Below are positions 27,663-38,371 of a stretch of 64,000 bases of DNA, piece after piece. Under the pieces are notes generated by a model, which saw nothing but the letters and a program-made list of their open reading frames with translations, searched no databases and had not been told where the DNA came from. Origin of the DNA: a virus; the IMG/VR virus record IMGVR_UViG_3300032313_001394, positions 64,001 through 128,000 of that record; one strand, written 5' to 3'. Every line of letters begins with the position of its first letter. The stretch's first letter is position 1. A program made the position numbers and the translations under genes.

Positions 27663-27687
27663 AAAGGTCCTAGAAATTAGGACCTTT
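27663..27687 (-). terminator. Intrinsic terminator overlapping the promoter motif
   Basis: Perfect 10-bp inverted repeat aaaggtccta-gaaat-taggaccttt. Confidence 0.8.
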
Positions 27688-27705
27688 AACTTTAATTGTG
27701 TGTTA

Positions 27706-28104
27706 TTACTTCTTTTTAGGATAGTAACGACGTTTCTTCTTAGGTGGCTTTGGAGCGGTTTCTTCTATTGCTGATGGAGTAGATACTGCTGCTTGAGCAT
27801 TAGCTAATTCATCTTGTAATTTTTCAATAGATGATAACTCATTAGCCACCTCTTGAGGAATTGAAGCTTCAACAGTATTAGTTAATACATTATCGATTTT
27901 TTCGATCATTGTTTTAACTTTTTTAGTTGATTCTTTAACTGTTTTTAAAGCATCTTCTTGAACTTGCTTTAATTCTGCTTCTTCAAATGAAGGATTAGAA
28001 GCAGTAACATCTCCATGAGAGAGATTAACGGTTTGCGTTTGCTGACGAGCAAAGTACCAGATGGCACCAGCAATACCTAACAACACTAAAATTGCAATAA
28101 ACAT
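27706..28104 (-). CDS. Membrane-anchored protein with a basic tail
   Basis: N-terminal TM helix; PKPPKKKRRYYPKKK. Confidence 0.6.
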   Translation of the reverse strand: MFIAILVLLGIAGAIWYFARQQTQTVNLSHGDVTASNPSFEEAELKQVQEDALKTVKESTKKVKTMIEKIDNVLTNTVEASIPQEVANELSSIEKLQDELANAQAAVSTPSAIEETAPKPPKKKRRYYPKKK

Positions 28105-28128
28105 AATTATTTGGGTTTGGTTAAAAAA

Positions 28129-28365
28129 TTAATCTTCAAAAAAGTAAATAATATACGCATAAATAACAGCTCCAAAAAACACTAAAAAGAATAATATAAA
28201 TGCTAATTCAGCTACTCCTGGTATTAGTAAATACCTTTTATATTTTGATTTATACCATCCAGTACTATCACAATCTTCTAGTAATGAATCAGTCATACCA
28301 GTAATTAATATATGAGCTAATAAACCGATAAAAATTAAAAATGCAACCATTAAATAGTAAAACAT
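28129..28365 (-). CDS. Two-TM membrane protein
   Basis: Two hydrophobic helices. Confidence 0.55.
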   Translation of the reverse strand: MFYYLMVAFLIFIGLLAHILITGMTDSLLEDCDSTGWYKSKYKRYLLIPGVAELAFILFFLVFFGAVIYAYIIYFFED

Positions 28366-28366
28366 A

Positions 28367-28543
28367 TTATTCTTCTCTATGTTGTTTAGTTGTGTTATGA
28401 TAAATAAATGCAGTCAATAATACCCATCCAAATTTAGATGTTGGAGTCCAATCAACTAGAGCAACATCATAATTAATCAATGTAAATACTCCAAATGAAA
28501 GTAAAACTGCTACGAGTGCGTATTGTATTAAAACTTTATTCAT
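28367..28543 (-). CDS. Two-TM membrane protein (58 aa, not in ORF track)
   Basis: MNKVLIQYALVAVLLSFGVF...; promoter motif at 28547. Confidence 0.5.
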   Translation of the reverse strand: MNKVLIQYALVAVLLSFGVFTLINYDVALVDWTPTSKFGWVLLTAFIYHNTTKQHREE

Positions 28544-28570
28544 AATTTAAATATATTAAGGAAATTTTGT

Positions 28571-29335
28571 TTAGACAAATACTTGATTGGTTTGAGGATT
28601 ACGTTTCATATAATCACCCCATTTATATTTAAAGTAATAATGACATTCATGTTCTTGTCTGTATGATTCTTGACTTCTTTCTCCTGATTTGGTACCTATT
28701 GAAACGAAATGATAGAAAGCAACATTATATAAACGAATACTTCCAATTCCATTTAAATTACATTTCATAAAGAATTCACAATCAACAACCCACCCACCTG
28801 GATATGATTCGTCCCATCCACCTACTTTTAAATAGTCTTGCTTAGACATGAATATAGGTAAAGTAGATCCATTTATATCAGTTACCATTTTAGATGAACT
28901 AACTTCAAATACTCTAAATGCTTCTAAATCAAATGTATCAGGTGTACGTCCAAAGTTTTTTATTTTGAATTGTGAGAATATACTTGGGATTGGCTCAATT
29001 TGATTTGGAGCATAAACAGCACCTGGTTGGTATTGTGATTCTAAACGTGTGTCCCAATCAGCAGGAAATACATTATCATCATTTACAATTAAAATCAATT
29101 CATTTGATGCATTATATACTCCTAAATTAGTTGCTCGGGCTAATCCTACATTTTGTTTTAAATCAAGTACTGAAATATTATCTTGGTATTTATATAATAC
29201 TTCTTTGTTTTCCTCGTAGAATCCATCTACAACAACGATAATTTCGTTTTTATTTGTTTGACCTTCAATAGCTGATCTTAAACATAAATCAAGTACTTCT
29301 GGTTCTCTGTAAGTTGGAATTATAACTGATATCAT
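28571..29335 (-). CDS. Glycosyltransferase family 2
   Basis: ISVIIPT, EIIVVVDG, N.G...A, VNDD, VGGWDE; probable start 29335. Confidence 0.85.
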   Translation of the reverse strand: MISVIIPTYREPEVLDLCLRSAIEGQTNKNEIIVVVDGFYEENKEVLYKYQDNISVLDLKQNVGLARATNLGVYNASNELILIVNDDNVFPADWDTRLESQYQPGAVYAPNQIEPIPSIFSQFKIKNFGRTPDTFDLEAFRVFEVSSSKMVTDINGSTLPIFMSKQDYLKVGGWDESYPGGWVVDCEFFMKCNLNGIGSIRLYNVAFYHFVSIGTKSGERSQESYRQEHECHYYFKYKWGDYMKRNPQTNQVFV

Positions 29336-30018
29336 ATTTTTGACCAATCGATTAAAGGTGTTAACCAAGCTGTTTCGCCGTGAGTTGAATATCCTGGTAT
29401 TGGAGTAATTAAGTAATGAGCTGAATTATATAATGAAATAAACATGTCGAAATCACGTGGATAACTGCCTTGAGTATATTCACGCAATACATTTTCCACC
29501 TTACGAAGTGTCTTCACTTTAGCCGCGAATGTCATCGTTGTTGAGTTAGTTACTTTCCAATGTGATGATGTAGATAACATAACACGAGTCATTTCACCTC
29601 CACCTTGTACATATGGATTCGCTCCATCAATATATTTATCTGGATGATCATATAATGAAACAAAATCTGCTCCGATTTCATTTAATCCTTCTTCAATTAT
29701 TTTTTGTGAGCCTGGTTTATGTAAATAATCATTTTCACAGAAATAAACTATTTCATTATCATCAAACGTTAATGCTTTATCTAATGCTAAATTAAATGTA
29801 CCCGCACCATGTCCAACTGAAACATATTCAATTACATCTAAATTATCAATATATTGAAACAACATATTATTTGTTTTTTCAGATACGTTATCAGCAATAA
29901 TATGCCAATCAGCATCCTTAAACACATTAACTGCATTCCATAAACAATTTCTATTATTGATGTATTTAGGTTTTACTTTATTATAACCTGAATCTGATAT
30001 TCTATAAATTATTTTCAT
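29332..30018 (-). CDS. GT-A fold glycosyltransferase-like protein
   Basis: VYFCENDYLH (DxD-like), SLYDHPDKY, STTMTFA. Confidence 0.65.
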   Translation of the reverse strand: MKIIYRISDSGYNKVKPKYINNRNCLWNAVNVFKDADWHIIADNVSEKTNNMLFQYIDNLDVIEYVSVGHGAGTFNLALDKALTFDDNEIVYFCENDYLHKPGSQKIIEEGLNEIGADFVSLYDHPDKYIDGANPYVQGGGEMTRVMLSTSSHWKVTNSTTMTFAAKVKTLRKVENVLREYTQGSYPRDFDMFISLYNSAHYLITPIPGYSTHGETAWLTPLIDWSKI

Positions 30019-30779
30019 TTGTTATATATTTGAGCAAATGTTTTGATACTATCTAAAATATTATTATGTTCTAATACTTCGTATGTTATTGTTTTATCAT
30101 ATTTACTATTTTTGATCATATTTGCCCATCCTAAATGAAGAGATTTATCAACAATAGGAATTAATTTAGGTTCCGAAATATGAATATGTTCTATATAGTC
30201 AATATAATCAAGAAAATCACTTATTGGATTTCTTTTTTCAAGAATAGAATTATGAGTATCAACCATTGTTCTTATATTAATTAAGTTATTTTCTTTAATA
30301 AAATTAACTATCTCATCAATATTATGAAAGAATTGACCATTATATACAGAAGCGTTAGGTTCAATTACAACTTTAATATCTTTACCTTCTAATAACTTAT
30401 CTACTTGAGTGAATATATTTACAAGTGTATCTTCCCACCCTTCATGTTTTTGTCTTAAACTAGGTGAACCAAATACAAGTATCTTAGAACCCAATGTAAC
30501 AGCACAATTAATTACTCGTTTAAAATGATTTACAACAACATCAACATCAGTTATCTTACAATCAACTCCATAAAATAAAGACTGAATAGAATAAGATTTA
30601 AGATTATAATCATCTAATGCAATTTTATAATTCATTAAATCAATATAAGTTAATTTATCCCAATCTTTGAGTTTAGTTAGAATAGTTTCAACTTGAGTAA
30701 TATTATTTTTTCTTAAACAGTTAAATATATCTCCAGCATGGTATCTATCCCAAGCAAAATTACTTAATGCTAAATTCAT
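30015..30779 (-). CDS. Sugar-phosphate isomerase/epimerase (AP-endonuclease-2 TIM barrel)
   Basis: LALSNFAW, LVFGSP, IEPN, DTHN, HIHISEP, ITYE. Confidence 0.8.
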   Translation of the reverse strand: MNLALSNFAWDRYHAGDIFNCLRKNNITQVETILTKLKDWDKLTYIDLMNYKIALDDYNLKSYSIQSLFYGVDCKITDVDVVVNHFKRVINCAVTLGSKILVFGSPSLRQKHEGWEDTLVNIFTQVDKLLEGKDIKVVIEPNASVYNGQFFHNIDEIVNFIKENNLINIRTMVDTHNSILEKRNPISDFLDYIDYIEHIHISEPKLIPIVDKSLHLGWANMIKNSKYDKTITYEVLEHNNILDSIKTFAQIYNK

Positions 30780-31518
30780 TGATAAATTGTTTAATTTCGT
30801 TTAATACTTTATTTTTATTTGAAATGTAACCACCAAATTTAGTATGGTAATCATATGTTACTTTACTTCCATTTTGAACTTTATCCATATGTTCAGGAAA
30901 TAATTCAACAATATCTGATGTGTATATTGGTTCAGTAAATAAATTAAATGAAGATTCATTAGGGTATTGAGTTGAAAATGAATTTATATCATTATGTAAG
31001 TTATCTAAATTATACCATTGGTAGTATGAATTTTGGTTTATTTGATCTACATTATTATTATGAATTAAATCATATATTACATTTTTCTTTATTAATGAAT
31101 TAAATAATGCTGGTAATCTAAATATTTTTAAATCATCGCATTTAACCATTTCCCTAACCATTAACTCAAATAAATAACGATTATTACCATAACTTAATTT
31201 ACTAATGTTTGGATTATAAGTTTCATTAGATAATAATGGTGAGTCATTATAAACATCAATAGTTGAAATTAATGTTATTTTTGAATATTGAAATTGAGAT
31301 ATAATACTAATAATATTATTAATGTTTTGGATATCTGCAGTTAAGTTTTTATTAACCATCCATTTTGTTGCGGGTAGACAAGTTAAAAATAATTCATCAC
31401 CATCTTTAGCTAAATGCTCAAATGTATATAAATTTTTACTATTGAACTCATAATCAAACGTTTCGAACTGTTTGATTGTCTGTCCCACTAAGCCCGTATT
31501 GCCAATTAATAATTTCAT
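30760..31518 (-). CDS. NAD-dependent epimerase/dehydratase (atypical SDR)
   Basis: LIGNTGLVG, LISTIDVY, YG.NR..FE, RLPALF. Confidence 0.75.
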   Translation of the reverse strand: MKLLIGNTGLVGQTIKQFETFDYEFNSKNLYTFEHLAKDGDELFLTCLPATKWMVNKNLTADIQNINNIISIISQFQYSKITLISTIDVYNDSPLLSNETYNPNISKLSYGNNRYLFELMVREMVKCDDLKIFRLPALFNSLIKKNVIYDLIHNNNVDQINQNSYYQWYNLDNLHNDINSFSTQYPNESSFNLFTEPIYTSDIVELFPEHMDKVQNGSKVTYDYHTKFGGYISNKNKVLNEIKQFINEFSIK

Positions 31519-32458
31519 CTATTTGTTTTTCTATAATGTATATTCCTTGTATTTTACCTGTAAAGCAATTTATTATATTATTTTCTACTTTTACTACAGG
31601 GTATCTGTTTGCTGAATTACTTTTTATTTTTGATTTAACTGATAGAAAATAATCATTATAAGTAAAATGTTCTAAAAATTCAGGATAATAATATTTAATT
31701 TTATCTTCAATTAATTTTTGTTTTTCTAAAACGTTATTGAATTTATAATTATTTAATTCATTAATATCATTAGTAGTAAATAAAGGTGTATGTTCTACAT
31801 CTGTTACTGTGTATAATTTATCTTTATACGGATAAATTGAAAAGAAATTACCATCAACTAAAGTAAGAGCACCAAATGATGTTGGTTGTATTTTCTTATA
31901 TAATAATGATAATGTTAATTCATAGAATGTATTATCAATTTGATTTAATTGATTATTAGTAGCATTAATTACTAAATCATATTCTTTAGATAATGCTTTA
32001 ATATCAGTTATTGTTTTCTTAACAATAATGTCTTTTAGTATTTTGTTAAAGTAAAGATTAGCTAATTCAAAATCAATATATCGTTCTTCAGTTTTTATGA
32101 TTCCTTCAACATGTTCAAATTCAGAGAATTGATTTTTATGATGTTGCGGTTCATCAAATATTTTTCTGAATGTATAGTAATCTAATAATGAATCGTCGGC
32201 AACACAATATAAATTATTTTCAACTTCACTAGTTAACATTTTATAATCATCCATAAACTGAGGAAATGTATCTTGACATAAATTCCTAGTTCTAGAATTT
32301 CGAGCATAATGATAACCTAAATGAAGACGATTCTGATTAGAATATGATGTTGCTTTAAACAATTCATCTTTTTCAAATAACGTTATATCATTATTTTTCA
32401 TTAATTTACGAGCTAGATGACATCCAACCCAACCACCACCTACAATTGCTATTCTCAT
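31454..32458 (-). CDS. FAD-dependent oxidoreductase
   Basis: IAIVGGGWVG, S..NQNRLHLGYHYAR, DG.FFSIYPY, GKI; probable start 32458. Confidence 0.8.
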   Translation of the reverse strand: MRIAIVGGGWVGCHLARKLMKNNDITLFEKDELFKATSYSNQNRLHLGYHYARNSRTRNLCQDTFPQFMDDYKMLTSEVENNLYCVADDSLLDYYTFRKIFDEPQHHKNQFSEFEHVEGIIKTEERYIDFELANLYFNKILKDIIVKKTITDIKALSKEYDLVINATNNQLNQIDNTFYELTLSLLYKKIQPTSFGALTLVDGNFFSIYPYKDKLYTVTDVEHTPLFTTNDINELNNYKFNNVLEKQKLIEDKIKYYYPEFLEHFTYNDYFLSVKSKIKSNSANRYPVVKVENNIINCFTGKIQGIYIIEKQIDEIINWQYGLSGTDNQTVRNV

Positions 32459-33132
32459 ACGTTTATAACCATATCTAAACCTGTACTTTGACCCCAATTT
32501 GATTTATTTTTATATAAATCTAATGATGGGTAATATTCTGTTCGACGTTGTACATCAGTACCAAACCAATTATCCCAATCAACTAAACTCCATTCACCAT
32601 CTTTATCATTTCCATTATAAATTGCGGGAGATGGTTCTGTTTGCCATAATATATAATCTTCTGCGCTCACTCCCCAATATTTCCATCGTTTTAATGATTC
32701 AACTGATAAATCTGTATTTCGAATACCCATCAATTTGTCTTTACAAGATAATAAATAATCATATCTATATGAACCAATAGACATTGATGGGGTAAGTCGC
32801 ATAGCAACTTTTTCAGGCCTATCTTCAGGAATATTATAAATTAATTCTTTAAATTTAGGTCCTATTTTACAAGTATCATGAATTAAAAACCAATAATCAG
32901 CTTCTAATTGTTTATCTACTATTTCAATTAAAGGACTATATTCATATGAGTTATGTTCTAATTGATAATAAGTAATACCGTCATTATTTTGTTTTCCTTC
33001 ATAACCAAAACCAGCTATAAACACATGAATATCTTCAGATTCAATTCCATTTTCAATTAATGAGGGAAGAATTATTGGGAGTGATTTCTGATAGAAATTT
33101 ATATTACTAGCTATTGCTATTTTTATTTTCAT
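32455..33132 (-). CDS. Putative glycosyltransferase (GT-A-like)
   Basis: NSYEY, YWFLIHDTC motif; lies in the glycan cluster; probable start 33132. Confidence 0.55.
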   Translation of the reverse strand: MKIKIAIASNINFYQKSLPIILPSLIENGIESEDIHVFIAGFGYEGKQNNDGITYYQLEHNSYEYSPLIEIVDKQLEADYWFLIHDTCKIGPKFKELIYNIPEDRPEKVAMRLTPSMSIGSYRYDYLLSCKDKLMGIRNTDLSVESLKRWKYWGVSAEDYILWQTEPSPAIYNGNDKDGEWSLVDWDNWFGTDVQRRTEYYPSLDLYKNKSNWGQSTGLDMVINV

Positions 33133-33923
33133 ATGTAAATAATTTGAAATTGAGGAAAATGCATATGACATACATTCTCCATCATTATATTTTTATGACT
33201 TGGATCATGAAACATATTATCTTTAATAAAATTTAATAAAGAAATATATGTTGTTGTAGTTAATAGATGTTCTTTTTTTAAATTATTTCTTTCAACACAA
33301 TCAGCTAAAAACTTTTCACAACTCCATCCTTCTATATATTCCCAAATTCGTCCATTATACTCATCTAACGATTTAACATAATCATATGTTTCATCAATAT
33401 AATAAGCATCATTTAGATAATCTGTTTTTGATACATTAATAAAATAAAAATTAGTTTGAGGATAAAAATCTTCTTTAATTACTTTATCAAAGTCAAAATC
33501 ATAATTAAGTAATCCTCCATAACCAATTCCATTAAAATAATAAAAATCAGCTTCATCTACTTCTTTATCTAATAGCTCAATATGAATAATAACATCATTA
33601 GATGATTTACATAACCATTCAATATTATTTTCTTTACAATAATTAAATATTAAATTATCTAAATCAGCAGTTCCAAAATTATGACCTCTATTATTTGTGG
33701 AATTTAATAATACACAATTTGGAAAATGATGCTTACACATTGCATTATGAATATCAATAAATGCTTCATTATCGAAGTTAGTTGCAATTATAATTTGAGC
33801 ATATTGATCTATTACATCTCTATTATAAGCAAAGTATTTATCGATTTTAATTAAATCATTTTCTACACCTACATAACCTATTGTTCCGTAAGCTGCTTTA
33901 TTAATAATTTGCTTTAAATTCAT
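33129..33923 (-). CDS. Putative glycosyltransferase
   Basis: NRGHNFG, WLCKSSND, PQTNFYFI, WSCE; glycan cluster context. Confidence 0.5.
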   Translation of the reverse strand: MNLKQIINKAAYGTIGYVGVENDLIKIDKYFAYNRDVIDQYAQIIIATNFDNEAFIDIHNAMCKHHFPNCVLLNSTNNRGHNFGTADLDNLIFNYCKENNIEWLCKSSNDVIIHIELLDKEVDEADFYYFNGIGYGGLLNYDFDFDKVIKEDFYPQTNFYFINVSKTDYLNDAYYIDETYDYVKSLDEYNGRIWEYIEGWSCEKFLADCVERNNLKKEHLLTTTTYISLLNFIKDNMFHDPSHKNIMMENVCHMHFPQFQIIYI

Positions 33924-34548
33924 CGAATGTAATTAAATTAAGTAATTCTTTTTTGTTGTTAACAAAATAAGTATATTCAAAATCAACATTTTCTAATTCA
34001 GGTTGCATATTATTATTAACTTGAATTACTCCTACACCAAAATCAGTATCTACAACACATGATTTCATATTAGGATACAGTTGTTTAAAACTTACAAATG
34101 CTTTCCATACATCACCATTCCAAGCAATTGTTCTACGTGGAACGTCTTGCGCTTCATAACTAGTTGGATTACAATCATGCAATAATATAAACCCACCATC
34201 AATAATGTGATCTAGCGCATTTTTAATATCTTTTTTTACTTGTTCAGAATGATGTAATCCATCAATGAATATAATATCGTATTTAATATCATGCCCTTTA
34301 ATTAAATCAAAGAATTCATCTGATGTTATAGGATAATTTGTTTCGGGAGCTACAAAATGCTCAACTGATGGATCGACTCCATCTTTATGTTTAGCTTTAA
34401 CTTCTCGAATATTTTCTCCTTTGAATACTCCTATTTCTAAATAATTAACTAAATTATATTTTTCAATTAAATAATTAATTATATGATAGCGTTTTATTTC
34501 GCTATTTAAATATCTAATTACTTCAGGATGATTTAAATTATCAATCAT
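33901..34548 (-). CDS. Class I SAM methyltransferase (Methyltransf_24-like)
   Basis: YLEIGV, GVDP, TSDEFF, DIIFIDGLH, GGFILLHDC. Confidence 0.85.
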   Translation of the reverse strand: MIDNLNHPEVIRYLNSEIKRYHIINYLIEKYNLVNYLEIGVFKGENIREVKAKHKDGVDPSVEHFVAPETNYPITSDEFFDLIKGHDIKYDIIFIDGLHHSEQVKKDIKNALDHIIDGGFILLHDCNPTSYEAQDVPRRTIAWNGDVWKAFVSFKQLYPNMKSCVVDTDFGVGVIQVNNNMQPELENVDFEYTYFVNNKKELLNLITFDEFKANY

Positions 34549-35180
34549 TATAATGTATCGTAATATGCGTTTTGTTTTTCTTGACGTTTAATATCTTTAT
34601 GATGCCATAAAAATAATTCAGCTGGAATATATGAAAGAGTTTTATGTCCTTCAAGTACTTCATGTACTTTGTTTTTCCATTTTATTTTACCATTGTTTTT
34701 GAAGATACGATGCTGCCAATCAGGAAAATTAATCAAATCTTTATTATCAATTTTTTGAACTTTCCACCCCCATTTATCGATATGCTCTTGAGTTAATCCG
34801 TCAACTGTATTACGTCGTGCAATATAAAATGATTCAGCTAACCCACGATTAGATTCAAATATAGCTGGTAGATATGCCCAAAATTCTTTAGATGGTAATT
34901 CATCAGCATCAATTTGAACAATGTAATCGCCGGTACAATATTTTAGGAAATTGTTTTTAAATGAAGCAAAATCATTATTTAGTGAAGTTGCATACCAATC
35001 AATATCTGTAGAATATTCGGTTAATAATTTTAAATAATCTTTAACTTCAGGAGTACCATTATCTTGATCAAACAGGATGATTATCTCATCCTGTTCTTGT
35101 TTATAATCTAAGATATTATTTACTAATGCTTGTAATTCATTTAATTCATTACAAACCGGAATAGCAAAACTAAACTTCAT
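34548..35180 (-). CDS. Glycosyltransferase family 2
   Basis: SFAIPVCNE, DFASFKN, QIDADE, PD.Q.R, KVHE. Confidence 0.85.
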   Translation of the reverse strand: MKFSFAIPVCNELNELQALVNNILDYKQEQDEIIILFDQDNGTPEVKDYLKLLTEYSTDIDWYATSLNNDFASFKNNFLKYCTGDYIVQIDADELPSKEFWAYLPAIFESNRGLAESFYIARRNTVDGLTQEHIDKWGWKVQKIDNKDLINFPDWQHRIFKNNGKIKWKNKVHEVLEGHKTLSYIPAELFLWHHKDIKRQEKQNAYYDTL

Positions 35181-35619
35181 TATCGTCTCTTAAAAATGTT
35201 GAATACAAATATAATGCAGCCGAAAACATTAATGGAGGAAATACTGTTGAGTTAATCATATCCAATTTATGAGTTTGACCTACAATTACTTTATCATTTG
35301 AATTTATAGGAACATATTTAGCTACTCTCCATCCCCACTCTTCAATACTTTTACCATCTGGAAATAACATAGCTTTATTTTGTTCATTTAAGACAGTTGG
35401 ATACCAAACAAAATTACTTTTATCTGTAATTTTTAAATCTTTAAATAATTCAGGTTGGGATTCATAAATTGATTTTTCTACATCACTTCCTTCAACTAAT
35501 CCTTCATTAGTTTGATACCCACAACTTTCACAAATCCAAGTAGTTACTCCTCCTATTTTAGTTTCAAATACACAATTTTGATCTTCACAAACAGGACAAT
35601 CATTTAGTTTTTCTTCCAT
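35170..35619 (-). CDS. Zinc-ribbon protein
   Basis: CPVC...CESCG. Confidence 0.6.
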   Translation of the reverse strand: MEEKLNDCPVCEDQNCVFETKIGGVTTWICESCGYQTNEGLVEGSDVEKSIYESQPELFKDLKITDKSNFVWYPTVLNEQNKAMLFPDGKSIEEWGWRVAKYVPINSNDKVIVGQTHKLDMINSTVFPPLMFSAALYLYSTFLRDDNEV

Positions 35620-35621
35620 TA

Positions 35622-36920
35622 TTATGCTTTTTTAAGTGTTGGTAGTTTTAATTTTGGTAATTCTAATGGTATAAATTTTGGAATTGGATTAGTTTTTTCT
35701 TCTAATATAACACCCAATAATTCAGTCATTGTTTTAATTGTGAAGTTTCTATTAGTTATACTAGCTTGTTTTTTAGCTCCAGGTAGATATTTTTTATAAT
35801 TTTCAAACATATCTTTTAAAGCAAATCCTACTTGAGCATCATCTGGTTTAAACCATTGAGCACTTTCTAATAACATAGTAGGCATATTAGTTGATTTATG
35901 AACGGGTTGTAATTCTCCTCCAATCAATAATGATGATTCTTTATCTAAGAAATCAATATGACCCGACCAACCAGAAGCAATAATTGGTTTTTCAGATGTT
36001 GTGAATTCAAGTAACGGACGACCGAATCCTTCACCTTTAGTAAACGATATCATTGCTTTTACTTTTGAGTGATTGTATAGATCATTCATATCTTCATCCT
36101 CTAAATCACCATGAATTAAATAAATATTAGGTAAACGACCATTAACTGATTTACGGAGAATTTCTATTTTATTTAAAATCTCATCTCTATCTAATAACGA
36201 TGTAGTAGCTGAATTTGTTTTTAAGATTAAAGCAGGTGGATTTGTTTTACCTTTAAATACTTCTAAAAATGCTTTAATTGTATACCAAACGTTTTTTCTA
36301 TCTTCACCAAAATCACCTTGTAACCAATGTCCAACAAATAAAAATGCAAAATCTTCTTTAATACTACTTAATGATTTTGTTAAGTCAGTAATAGGTAGAG
36401 TAGTTTTAAAATATTTTTCAACATCAACACCTTCAAATAATACTTCAATTGGTGTCTTTAATTCTACTAATCCTACTACTTGATTAGTATTTTGATCTTT
36501 TTGTTCGAATTTAGAATTTTCAAATACTGATTTAGCATGTTTACTAGAAACCATAACCATATCCATTCGATTACATCCTTCAACCCATGTTGGATCACAA
36601 ATTGTTGTTTCAATACCTGCTGTTACTCCAATACTTAAGTGTTTACCTACTTTTTGAAATTCATTTGGAACTGTAATTTGAAACCATACATCTGGTTGTT
36701 GTTTTATTTGAGGAATAATTCGATCTAGTAAATCTTTTTCTTCATCAATTTCAGAATTTAAAAACCCGAAACGAGTACTTCCCCAACGTTGAGATAATAA
36801 TTTAATATCCCACTCATCACCTTTAGCTTCAATTAAAGCTTTAATAAAATCTCTTGAACGCGCTCCATATCCTGAGAATGTATCTACAGGTGAGCTAACT
36901 ATACATAACGGTTTATTCAT
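35622..36920 (-). CDS. GT-B glycosyltransferase (GT4-like)
   Basis: SGYG, FLFVG, GEGFGRPLLE, SGWSGHIDF. Confidence 0.85.
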   Translation of the reverse strand: MNKPLCIVSSPVDTFSGYGARSRDFIKALIEAKGDEWDIKLLSQRWGSTRFGFLNSEIDEEKDLLDRIIPQIKQQPDVWFQITVPNEFQKVGKHLSIGVTAGIETTICDPTWVEGCNRMDMVMVSSKHAKSVFENSKFEQKDQNTNQVVGLVELKTPIEVLFEGVDVEKYFKTTLPITDLTKSLSSIKEDFAFLFVGHWLQGDFGEDRKNVWYTIKAFLEVFKGKTNPPALILKTNSATTSLLDRDEILNKIEILRKSVNGRLPNIYLIHGDLEDEDMNDLYNHSKVKAMISFTKGEGFGRPLLEFTTSEKPIIASGWSGHIDFLDKESSLLIGGELQPVHKSTNMPTMLLESAQWFKPDDAQVGFALKDMFENYKKYLPGAKKQASITNRNFTIKTMTELLGVILEEKTNPIPKFIPLELPKLKLPTLKKA

Positions 36921-38355
36921 TTTCTGCTACTGGATGTTTTAAATAATTTTCTTCTAAATCTTCAATTTTATAAAAATCAAATGCTGATCTTGGAGTCCAT
37001 TTTTTAAATGTTTCTTCAAATCCTTCTATAACATTTTCACACATTTTACGAGCAGACATCATTGATTCGTCTGATGTAACCCATTCACGAGCTGTATCTC
37101 CTAATTTATTATATTCATTAGCATCTTCCATTTTTAAAGTATATGCTGATGCTAATTGATTAGCTACATCTCTAAAATCACATCTATCATCAAAGATATA
37201 AGGTGTTGGAGGAGAACCAATTAATGAAACATTACTTGGAAAGACAGGAAATGCAAATTTACCATGTTTTTTATATTTACCTAAATGGTTTGAACCAAAT
37301 GCTTCTGTAAATTTAATCCACTCACCATTCTCATCTTCAAAACGCATTTGATCTTGCATTCCACCTGTTACATTAGCAAGTATTGGAGTACCTGCCATCA
37401 TTGATTCAGTTAATGCTAAACCCCACCCTTCATTAGATGAAATCAAACAAGTAATATCAGCTAAATTATAATACTTATTTAACACATCCGGTGCTACTTT
37501 CTGATTTGAAAAATAGATATTATTTTGTTTTTTACCAAATAACATTTCAACTACTTTATTTAAATCAGTACCATTATCATCTACTGGATCTGTATGTAGA
37601 ATTAAACTACATTTATCAGCTTGTTGTTTAGGTAATGTATCAATAAATGTTTTAAATGCTAAAATTAAATCTGATGTTGATTTACGTCTTAGATTACGAG
37701 CGTTATAAAATACTATAAAATCTTTATCTTGATTCTTTAATACTTGACTTTTAAATTCTTTAAAATCATCAGTTGTTTTATCTAATGGATAAAACGTTTT
37801 CTCATTAATCCCGTGAGGAACATATTTGATAGTTTTATTTTTAGCTTTATCACCCAAAACAACCCTATTAATGTTTTCAGTTTGTTTTGAAATCGCTAAT
37901 AATGTATCACACGATTCATAAAATGTTTTATTGTAAAGTGGATAAGGTAAATCATCCCAGATATTTAAATAAACAATTGGAACTAATTGTCTAATTTCAC
38001 GCTCATGTTGCCATAACCAAACCCAATAACGTGGATCAGTAAATAACATGATTGCATCTGGTTTTTCAATTTGGATAATTTGACGAACAAATTCAATAGA
38101 ACCATAACCATCTGTAGGATAAACAGTTACTGATGCATCTTCAATACCAGCTAATTTGTTAGTATCAGATGAAACATCAATTCGTTGTCCTTTTTCTGGA
38201 TGATCAATAGCACCTCCAATGTTAACCCAATTATATTGATGAGAGGTACCGATAACGATTTCTTTAGACATAGTAGCTATACCTGAGGTAAATCTGATAT
38301 CATCACCCATTAATAGAATTTTTTTCCTTTGTTCTTTAGGAATGTAATTTGACAT
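36913..38355 (-). CDS. GT-B glycosyltransferase (GT4-like)
   Basis: YVPHG, NARN.RRK, NEGWGLALTESM..GTP. Confidence 0.85.
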   Translation of the reverse strand: MSNYIPKEQRKKILLMGDDIRFTSGIATMSKEIVIGTSHQYNWVNIGGAIDHPEKGQRIDVSSDTNKLAGIEDASVTVYPTDGYGSIEFVRQIIQIEKPDAIMLFTDPRYWVWLWQHEREIRQLVPIVYLNIWDDLPYPLYNKTFYESCDTLLAISKQTENINRVVLGDKAKNKTIKYVPHGINEKTFYPLDKTTDDFKEFKSQVLKNQDKDFIVFYNARNLRRKSTSDLILAFKTFIDTLPKQQADKCSLILHTDPVDDNGTDLNKVVEMLFGKKQNNIYFSNQKVAPDVLNKYYNLADITCLISSNEGWGLALTESMMAGTPILANVTGGMQDQMRFEDENGEWIKFTEAFGSNHLGKYKKHGKFAFPVFPSNVSLIGSPPTPYIFDDRCDFRDVANQLASAYTLKMEDANEYNKLGDTAREWVTSDESMMSARKMCENVIEGFEETFKKWTPRSAFDFYKIEDLEENYLKHPVAENE

Positions 38356-38371
38356 AACTTATTTTTTAAAT

